Below are positions 24,715 through 31,322 of a stretch of DNA of 64,000 bases, piece after piece. The DNA comes from a bacterium (GTDB lineage: Bacteria > Vulcanimicrobiota > Xenobia > Xenobiales > Xenobiaceae), in contig JALHDH010000006.1 of NCBI GenBank assembly GCA_022839105.1, forward strand, positions 9,726 to 73,725, given 5' to 3'. Position 1 is the stretch's first letter, and each line of letters opens with the position of its first letter. A model generated the notes under the pieces. That model did not search any database, was not told the DNA's origin, and worked only from the letters and a program-made list of their open reading frames with translations. A program made the translations under genes and the position numbers.

Positions 24715-25602
24715 TTGCAGGTCCCCAAAGGCAACATCCTGATCGAGGACGAGACGCTCCCGTACTCGGACATCAACACGATGCTCACCAACCTGGTGGA
24801 GGACACCTTCACCGGTTACGTGAAGCTGGACCTCCAGGATTCCTCGGGCCTGGTCTTCTATTCCGAGGGGAACCTGATCCGGGCCATGGAGGTCGATCCC
24901 GCCAGTGGAAGCGCCTCGGTCCACCTGCTGCCCCGACTCCTGAACCGGATCAAGAATCGCGATCTGGCCGTCTCCACCTACGTCGCTTCGGGGCAGATCG
25001 TCGACGTTCTGGGCGGACTCTTCGCATTCCAGCCCCTGTACCTCGACTATGAGGTCAAGCGACGCGAGCTCAAGAAGGTCCTGACCAACCTCGAGACCGG
25101 GGAATACAGCGGGATCATCAAGATGGCCAGCCGGGAAGGGACCCACTTCCTGTTGATGGACCGGGGAGAGCTGGTCACCGACCGCTTCAGCCGCGAGTAT
25201 GGTCAGATCCTTTGCGGGACCGACGCCGTCAGCGAGTTGCTGGACTATGTCCACAAGAACGGCGCAACGCTCAACGTCTACGCCGAGAAGGCCACCGAGA
25301 TCGAGAACCGCCGCCGCCTGAAGGAGGAGGAACTCGAGAAGATCAAGCAGCTCATCGCACGCCAGGATGGGACGTTCTTCCGGGCCGGAGACATCGTCAA
25401 GGTGGACGAGTACATCGTGCGCGAGTGGGGCCTGGATGCCAAGACGACCTTCAACGTCGAGTTGGAGACCTCCGATGGCGATCTGTATGAGTACAAGTGC
25501 CAGGCGGCCCGCAAGATGGGGGGCTATGCCGGGCTGGCACCGGCGATGATCAAGAAGATGGGCATCAAGGAAGGCGACCTGATCACCATCCGGCCCGTCT
25601 AG
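24715..25602 (+). CDS. Hypothetical protein: two similar N-terminal modules, a coiled coil and a small C-terminal beta-barrel-like domain
   Basis: TTG 24715 lies 8 nt after GGAGGA. The duplicated pattern is L.NL....F[TS]G[YI]VKL..(6)G.. versus LTNLETGEYSGIIKMASREGTHFLLMDRGELV. The C-terminus AMIKKMGIKEGDLITIRPV resembles AbrB/Cdc48-N-type barrels. Amino-acid composition is normal. Confidence 0.6.
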   Translation: MQVPKGNILIEDETLPYSDINTMLTNLVEDTFTGYVKLDLQDSSGLVFYSEGNLIRAMEVDPASGSASVHLLPRLLNRIKNRDLAVSTYVASGQIVDVLGGLFAFQPLYLDYEVKRRELKKVLTNLETGEYSGIIKMASREGTHFLLMDRGELVTDRFSREYGQILCGTDAVSELLDYVHKNGATLNVYAEKATEIENRRRLKEEELEKIKQLIARQDGTFFRAGDIVKVDEYIVREWGLDAKTTFNVELETSDGDLYEYKCQAARKMGGYAGLAPAMIKKMGIKEGDLITIRPV

Positions 25603-25621
25603 GACCTTCTGGGCTCAAGAC

Positions 25622-25650
25622 GAAAGAGGCGCCCGAAGGGCGCCTCTTTC
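25622..25650. terminator. Bidirectional stem-loop between convergent genes
   Basis: GAAAGAGGCGCCC-gaa-GGGCGCCTCTTTC is a 13-bp perfect stem. It lies between the stop at 25602 (+) and the stop at 25683 (-). Confidence 0.6.
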
Positions 25651-25682
25651 GTTCGGGCCGGGTCGCCGGGTGGCTTGGGCGA

Positions 25683-27092
25683 TCAGGCTCCGCGGCGGGG
25701 AAGGCGGACCCCGCCGATCACGATCCAGTCCTCGGACTTCTCGATGGTGCCGGCCTTCTCGGGAGAAGTGGGCTTCATGAGATCCTCTGGACGGGTGGTG
25801 TGATCGACCTCGAGGTCGGTCAGCCGGTTCCAGGTGCCCGTGGCCGGATCGCAGGACCACAGCGCCGGACCCTCGCTGAAGAGGACTCGACCATCCTCAA
25901 GATCGCCCTCCAGTTGGAACTTCTGGCGGGACGGGTCCAGGAGGATCTCGGCGTGGGTGGTTCCGTCGGTCCCCAGGCGGGAAACCCGATCCTCGTGCCG
26001 GATCAGCACGGTTCCCGGTTGGGTCCCGCTGCGGAAGGTGTCGGCCTTGGCCTTCAGGTCGGCGACCTTCTCGGGCTTGCCCTCGGCGGTGATCACCCGG
26101 ACCTCCCTGCCACCGTCGTGGAAGAAGAGGCTGCCGTCCGGATTGACCAAGAAGCGGGTCGTGTCCGAGAACTCGCCAGTCGCCCACTTCTGGGTCCCGT
26201 CGGCGGTGAGTCGGACGAAAGCCGTGCGAGTCAGGGTGGTGGGCATGAAGTGATCCGGATCGAAGTGCCGCCCCATCCCGGGGAACCCGAACATCCCGCC
26301 CCGGGGAGAGCGCATGGTCAGGTAGCTGCTCCGCTGGATCAGCACGTCCCCGTCGGACAGGCCCCAGGCCCTCTCGGTGGAGTAACTGGTCCGCTCCTCC
26401 GCCGGCCAGGTGGGAAGAGGCGTCGCCGTGGCGCCGGAACCTCCGGGGGCCAGGCGGATGGCCTTCTGGCCCGCAAGGATCATCAGGCCCCCCTCCGGGG
26501 TGGGCTGGATGGTGCGCGCCCGGACTCCGACCAGGTCGCCCGGAAGTGCGATCTCCTGGCCGTCCGGGGCGGTTGCGCGCACCGTCTCCCCATCCCGAAG
26601 CTGTTCCAGGCGCATGCCCGTCCCGTCCTGGTGGTGCGCCCGAATGGCCGGGCCTCCGGTGTGGCTCTCGGTCAGACGGCCGTCCGCCGAAGCGATCAGC
26701 CGACCATCCGGAGTCCCCAGATGGATCCTGCCATCCGGTGCCACACCCACATGCGCGATCCGATTCTCGCCCAAGGCCAGTTCCCAGGAAATCTTCCCTT
26801 GAGGGTCCACGGCCGCAAGATACGCCTTCTTGCCCTGACCGCTCTCGCTGTAGCCGATGTACAGGGTCCCGTCCGAGGCTCGAGCCCAGGCCGTGGGGCG
26901 GTAGTTGGATTCCGACTTCTTGAGCTGATTGCCCTGGGTCAGGGTCCGGGCTGCGCGCCGCAGTCGATCCGGATCCTCGGCGGGGCCCGCGCTCTCGAAG
27001 CGATCCGAAGGCGCAGCGGGGACCGGAGCACTCGGCGGATGCGGGAGCGGCGTGCCTGTTGGGATGGGGTTGAGGTTGACGTTGACGTTCAC
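25683..27092 (-). CDS. Hypothetical protein with repeated [PSAT]DG-type beta-propeller-like motifs; Pro-rich N-terminus, no obvious signal peptide
   Basis: GTG start. Recurrent motifs include SDGTLYIG, PDGRIHLGTPDGRLIASADGRL, PDGQEIAL, SDGDVLIQ, ADGTQKWA, PDGSLFFHDGG, TDGTTHAEI and EDGRVLFSEG. Composition is normal, whereas the overlapping plus-strand ORF is Gly/Arg/Pro-rich. Confidence 0.6.
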   Translation of the reverse strand: MNVNVNLNPIPTGTPLPHPPSAPVPAAPSDRFESAGPAEDPDRLRRAARTLTQGNQLKKSESNYRPTAWARASDGTLYIGYSESGQGKKAYLAAVDPQGKISWELALGENRIAHVGVAPDGRIHLGTPDGRLIASADGRLTESHTGGPAIRAHHQDGTGMRLEQLRDGETVRATAPDGQEIALPGDLVGVRARTIQPTPEGGLMILAGQKAIRLAPGGSGATATPLPTWPAEERTSYSTERAWGLSDGDVLIQRSSYLTMRSPRGGMFGFPGMGRHFDPDHFMPTTLTRTAFVRLTADGTQKWATGEFSDTTRFLVNPDGSLFFHDGGREVRVITAEGKPEKVADLKAKADTFRSGTQPGTVLIRHEDRVSRLGTDGTTHAEILLDPSRQKFQLEGDLEDGRVLFSEGPALWSCDPATGTWNRLTDLEVDHTTRPEDLMKPTSPEKAGTIEKSEDWIVIGGVRLPRRGA

Positions 27093-27107
27093 GGCTTGCC
27101 CTGACTC

Positions 27108-27788
27108 CTAATACTCTCGGGAAGAGGCTTGGGGGCGGATTTCCTGGATCCAGTTATAACCTTCGACCTGGCGGGTCAGCAGGATGGAACCCGGGGTGTC
27201 GCCGCCCCGGATGCTTCCCGTCATGGGGTTTCCATCCAGGGTGCCCTGCAGATGGGTGACCTGACCTTGAGGATCGGGTCGCCCGGCCAGGTGCAGCGCA
27301 ACCGAGCCGAAGTGGCCCACCAGTTGGAAGCCCAGGGTCCAGGGATCCACGCCGAGCTGCTGGTGCACGGGGACATCCCCCACCTGGCCGGAGTATCGGA
27401 ATCCTCCCAGAAGGGTGTCGATCCGCATGCGGTCCTGGGAGTTGCCGATGCGTCCCTGCACCTGCAGGCCCATCGGGTTGCTCAGGACCGAGGCCTCCAG
27501 GGGCTGGTCTCCTGCGTTCCCGGAAATCCGGAGACCCTGGAAGGTCTTCTCCAGCCGGTAGCAGACCTGGGTCTCCGTGCCATCCGGGGCCTGGATCCTG
27601 TTGAAGACGTCCACCACCGGGGTTCGGTTCAGCATCTGTCCCGTGACGAGGTTGGAAACGGCGTCAGCCGAGGGTGAGGCCATGGCCTCCAGGGGGGTGT
27701 CCACGCGATCAAAGCGGACGGGATGGGGATTGGAGCGGATCTGCATTCCTTTGAGCCGCCTTCTCAAGATTCCGGGTCTCATTTCCAC
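27108..27788 (-). CDS. Hypothetical protein with about five Gly-periodic repeats (G[LF]x[IVL]xGxxG), possible beta-solenoid
   Basis: Repeats seen: GLRISGNAGD, GLQVQGRIGN, GFRYSGQVGD, GFQLVGHFGS and HLQGTLDGN. Its stop is 15 nt upstream of the next gene's start. The start is ambiguous: GTG 27788, ATG 27782 or ATG 27746. Confidence 0.5.
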   Translation of the reverse strand: MEMRPGILRRRLKGMQIRSNPHPVRFDRVDTPLEAMASPSADAVSNLVTGQMLNRTPVVDVFNRIQAPDGTETQVCYRLEKTFQGLRISGNAGDQPLEASVLSNPMGLQVQGRIGNSQDRMRIDTLLGGFRYSGQVGDVPVHQQLGVDPWTLGFQLVGHFGSVALHLAGRPDPQGQVTHLQGTLDGNPMTGSIRGGDTPGSILLTRQVEGYNWIQEIRPQASSREY

Positions 27789-27904
27789 TATAAGAGGGGA
27801 GGCCCCTGCAGTTGGTGAACTGGATGTGAACGGTGCCCGGGGCGCCGGCGCAGGATCTTCCTTCTCATGGGAGAAGGGGCCGCTCGCAAGTCTGGAGGTC
27901 GCCC

Positions 27905-28261
27905 GTGTCCGATACCGCTGAGATCCTCGAAGCCTTCTCCCGTCTGGATGGGGTCTTTGGAGCCCTGGTCCTGAATGGCGAGGGTCAGATCTGCGCCGAA
28001 CATCTGGTCGATTTTGCAGATCGGGACGGCTTGTCCGCGGCGGTGCACCGCAGTCGCAATCTGGCTGGCCGCCTGACCGGCGCCCTGGGCCAGGGCAACC
28101 TGACCCAGCAGGCCCTGGAGTTCGAGGACTCCCAGGTCATCGTCGAGATCCTGGAAGGCGGTCATGCCCTGGCGGTGGCTGCGGCCGCGACCGCCAACCT
28201 GGGACGCATCCGTCTTGAACTCCGCAAGAACAGGAAGGCCGTCGAATCCAGCCTGGCTTGA
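27905..28261 (+). CDS. Roadblock/LC7 domain protein (MglB-like fold)
   Basis: The 118-aa product reads LEAFSRLDGVFGALVLNGEGQICAE...LTQQALEFEDSQVIVEILEGGHALAVAAAATANLGRIRLELRK, which matches the Robl_LC7 pattern. GTG 27905; the ORF-track upstream extension is Arg/Gly-rich. Confidence 0.75.
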   Translation: MSDTAEILEAFSRLDGVFGALVLNGEGQICAEHLVDFADRDGLSAAVHRSRNLAGRLTGALGQGNLTQQALEFEDSQVIVEILEGGHALAVAAAATANLGRIRLELRKNRKAVESSLA

Positions 28262-28269
28262 GGAATTCC

Positions 28270-28656
28270 ATGCCCCACAGGATCCTCGTCGCAGACGATG
28301 AGCCCCATATCGTCGAACTGGTCCGGGTCAGCCTGGAGGAGTTCGACGTGGAGGTCCTGGACGCCCCCGACGGAGAGGCGGCCCTGGCGGCCGCGCGTCG
28401 CCTCCAACCCGAGATCCTCCTGCTCGACGTCATGATGCCCAGGGTCGATGGATTCGAGGTGTGTCGTCGTCTCAAGGCCGAACCTTCGACCCGCGGGATC
28501 ATCGTGATCATGTTCACGGCCAAGGCCCTGGAGGCAGATCGCCAGCGTGCCCGGGAAGTGGGCGCCCAGGGCTACGTCACCAAGCCGTTCAGCCCCATGC
28601 AACTGGCTTCGGTGGTTCGGGAGCGCCTGCGGGAACTTCCGTCCGCAGTCGAGTGA
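28270..28656 (+). CDS. Single-domain response regulator (CheY-like receiver, no output domain)
   Basis: MPHRILVADDEPHIV...LLLDVMMPRVDGFEVCRRLK...IIVIMFTAKA...GAQGYVTKPFSP shows the DD, phospho-acceptor D, T and K positions. RBS is GAGGA. Confidence 0.9.
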   Translation: MPHRILVADDEPHIVELVRVSLEEFDVEVLDAPDGEAALAAARRLQPEILLLDVMMPRVDGFEVCRRLKAEPSTRGIIVIMFTAKALEADRQRAREVGAQGYVTKPFSPMQLASVVRERLRELPSAVE

Positions 28657-30242
28657 TGGTCGGGGGCCAGGAGGGGCGACCCAGAGAGCAGTTGGCCGCC
28701 CTGTATGAGATCGGCCGGGCCTTGAACTCCACCCTGGAACCGGATGAAGTCCTGGACCTGATCCTGGGCATGACCCTGGATCTCTTCTCGGCAGATGCGG
28801 GGTCCATCATGCTGCTCCATGAGGGGCTTCTCCGGATCCACCGGGCCCGCGGCCTTCCCCCGGAGGTCGTGGAGAAGACGGTGGTCCCCCTGGGCCAGGG
28901 GATCGCCGGATGGGTCGCCCTCACGGGCGAGATGCTGCTTCTGAACGGCCGGATCGACGACCCCCGGTTTCGCAACCTGGTTCGCCGGGACGACGAGATC
29001 TCGTCTTCGTTGTGCACCCCCCTGCGCAGTCGCCAGGGGGTGATCGGGGTCATGATGGTCCGCCGGGCGGGTTCGACGCCCTTCAGCCGGAGCCAACTCG
29101 ATTTCTTCGCCTCAGTTGCCGACCAGGCCGCGCTGGCCCTGGAGAACGCCCGGCTCTTCCGGAGCGAACAGGAGCGTTCCTGGCAACTGGCCCGGGAGCA
29201 ACAGAAGTTCCAGGCCATCTTCCGGGACATGGCCGACGGGGTGCTGGTCATCGACCCCTCGGATCGGATCGCCCACCTGAACGCCTCGGCCCGGCGTCTC
29301 CTGGACCGGGCCGGGGAAATCTCGGGTCTGTGCCTGGCCGAGCTTCTGCCCCGATTCCCCCTGGAACTGGTTCGCGAGACCCTCAAGACACAATCGGAGC
29401 CCTTCGAGGCCGACGTCACGCTCCAATCCGGCTCGGGGAACTCGGTCCTCAGGGTGACGGCCACCTCGCTCGGACCCTGTCCTGTCGAGCCCGAGGGTCT
29501 GGTGCTGCTCCTCCACGACGTGACCGAGAGGGTGCGGGTCGAGAGGATGAAGTCGGAGTTCCTTTCGGCGGTCTCCCACGAACTGAAGACTCCTCTGACC
29601 ACCGTCTCGGGTTTCCTGGAGCTGATGCTGAATCGCGAGTATGATCGGCCTCGGCAGGAGCAGTACCTCTCCATCAGCCTGGCCGAGGCCCAGCGACTTC
29701 AGCGCCTGATCGAGGACCTGCTGACCTTGTCGCGCCTGGAATCCGGGCAGTTCCACCTGCAGCCCGGACCGGTCCGCCTGGATCGCGTGGCGGCCGGGGT
29801 CCTTTCGGGCTTCTCCGAGCGTTACCCGGGATTCTCCTTCAAGCTCGAGGTCCTCGGAGAGATCCCGGAAGTTCAGGGGGACGGGGATCTGCTCGCCCAG
29901 GTCCTGCTCAACCTCCTGTCCAACAGCGTCAAGTACAGCCCCGATGGGGGGGAGGTCCGGGTCCTGGTGCGCGCCGAAAACCAGAGCGTCCGAGTTTCGG
30001 TCGAAGACCAGGGAATCGGGATCCCCAGGGATAAGATCCCCTTCGTCTTCGACAGGTTCTTCAGAGTCGACAACTCCCTGACCCGCAGCACTGGCGGGAC
30101 CGGCCTGGGGCTGGCCAATGCCCGCTACATCGTCGAGGGGCATGGGGGGACCATCTGGGGCGAGAGCCCTGGAGAGAAGGGAAGCCGGTTCACTTTCGTC
30201 TTGCCCTGCGAGCGGAAGGAACCTCAAGAGAGCGAGGCTTGA
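28656..30242 (+). CDS. Cytoplasmic GAF-PAS sensor histidine kinase
   Basis: ATG 28656 overlaps the receiver gene's stop (TGATG). GAF-like N-terminus (LYEIGRALNSTL...GIAGWVALTGE) and a PAS-like middle region. H-box SHELKTPLTTVSGF, N-box LLSNSVKYSP, G1 DQGIGIP and G2 GGTGLGLANARYIV are present. No TM segment. Confidence 0.9.
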   Translation: MVGGQEGRPREQLAALYEIGRALNSTLEPDEVLDLILGMTLDLFSADAGSIMLLHEGLLRIHRARGLPPEVVEKTVVPLGQGIAGWVALTGEMLLLNGRIDDPRFRNLVRRDDEISSSLCTPLRSRQGVIGVMMVRRAGSTPFSRSQLDFFASVADQAALALENARLFRSEQERSWQLAREQQKFQAIFRDMADGVLVIDPSDRIAHLNASARRLLDRAGEISGLCLAELLPRFPLELVRETLKTQSEPFEADVTLQSGSGNSVLRVTATSLGPCPVEPEGLVLLLHDVTERVRVERMKSEFLSAVSHELKTPLTTVSGFLELMLNREYDRPRQEQYLSISLAEAQRLQRLIEDLLTLSRLESGQFHLQPGPVRLDRVAAGVLSGFSERYPGFSFKLEVLGEIPEVQGDGDLLAQVLLNLLSNSVKYSPDGGEVRVLVRAENQSVRVSVEDQGIGIPRDKIPFVFDRFFRVDNSLTRSTGGTGLGLANARYIVEGHGGTIWGESPGEKGSRFTFVLPCERKEPQESEA

Positions 30243-31309
30243 CCAGGAAGATGGAGACCATGACCACCATGGAGCGACAGCTCGAAGAGGCTCGGATGGC
30301 CGTCCGTGAGGCCCCGGAGGACCTCGAGACCTTGTTGGCCTGCGGGCAGATCTGCCTGCGCCGAGACCTGCGCCTGGAGGCCCTGCAGCATTTCCAGGCC
30401 GTGTTGGAGGTCCAGCCTCGGGTCGAAGCCCGCCTGGGCCTGGCTCAGCTCTTCGCGCGCCAACAGCACCATCTCGAGGCCTACGACGAGCTCAGGCGCC
30501 TCTTCGAGCTCGAACCCCTGCACGTGCTCGGACATGCCCTGCTCCGCTCCTTGAAGGCGCGGGAGCCCGTCCCCCAGGATCTCCAGCCTCGGCTGGAATT
30601 CGTGCCCTCGCGCAAGGATCTGGCCGAGCAGCGCCGACTTCTGGAAGTCGAGCGGGAGCTGCTGACCGCTGAGGTCGACCAGTATCGGGTCCTGTCCGGT
30701 GCCCCGGACGCCGAGCCCATCCTCCAGTATCATTTCGAGGAATCTCGCCAGCGGGTCGAGCGCCTCCACGAACTCCTGGAATGCCTGGAAGCCTGGGAGA
30801 AGCAGGCCCTCGAGGTGCATCCGGGAGAGGTTTGCGAGCAGGGCGAAGCTCCTGAGCCCGGCCAGTCCTCCGCACCCCCTCCGACTTCCGAATCCGAATT
30901 GCCGGTTCGGGCCGCGGTCTCTCCGGAGGTCCTGCAGAGCTTCTACGCCGAGATCCGTCTTCAGGTCGACGAGATCCTGGGCCGGCTGGGGCGGACCCGG
31001 GGCGTGCTCGGTTCGCTGTTGCTGGCGGAGGATTTCGGCCTGGTCTGGCAGGTCGGTTTCGAGGCAGAGGTCGAGCCGGTCCTTCGGGATGTCCTGGAAG
31101 GGGTCGCCCTGCTGCGCGCCTATAGCCAGGCCTTCAGGAGCTGGATCATGGAGAGCGAGGGCGGCCTCTTCGTCGTCCAACAGGTCGATCCCGGCCATCT
31201 GCTGCTGGTCTGTGGGAAGGCCGGAGCCAATCTCGGGACCCTGCGCTACACGATCGAGAAGAACCGGATCGATCTGGCCCGACTCGTCCAGAAACGCCCT
31301 CTGTCTTGA
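30239..31309 (+). CDS. TPR / coiled-coil / C-terminal roadblock-LC7-like fusion protein
   Basis: N-terminal TPR-like hairpins (LEALQHFQAVLEVQPRVEARLGLAQLF...ELEPLH). The C-terminal ~110 aa read RGVLGSLLLAEDFGLVWQVGF...IMESEGGLFVVQQVDPGHLLLVCGKAGANLGTLRYTIEK, matching the roadblock pattern. The start overlaps the kinase stop (TTG 30239); ATG 30251 is an alternative. Confidence 0.65.
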   Translation: MTRKMETMTTMERQLEEARMAVREAPEDLETLLACGQICLRRDLRLEALQHFQAVLEVQPRVEARLGLAQLFARQQHHLEAYDELRRLFELEPLHVLGHALLRSLKAREPVPQDLQPRLEFVPSRKDLAEQRRLLEVERELLTAEVDQYRVLSGAPDAEPILQYHFEESRQRVERLHELLECLEAWEKQALEVHPGEVCEQGEAPEPGQSSAPPPTSESELPVRAAVSPEVLQSFYAEIRLQVDEILGRLGRTRGVLGSLLLAEDFGLVWQVGFEAEVEPVLRDVLEGVALLRAYSQAFRSWIMESEGGLFVVQQVDPGHLLLVCGKAGANLGTLRYTIEKNRIDLARLVQKRPLS

Positions 31310-31322
31310 GGCCCTCCGGATC

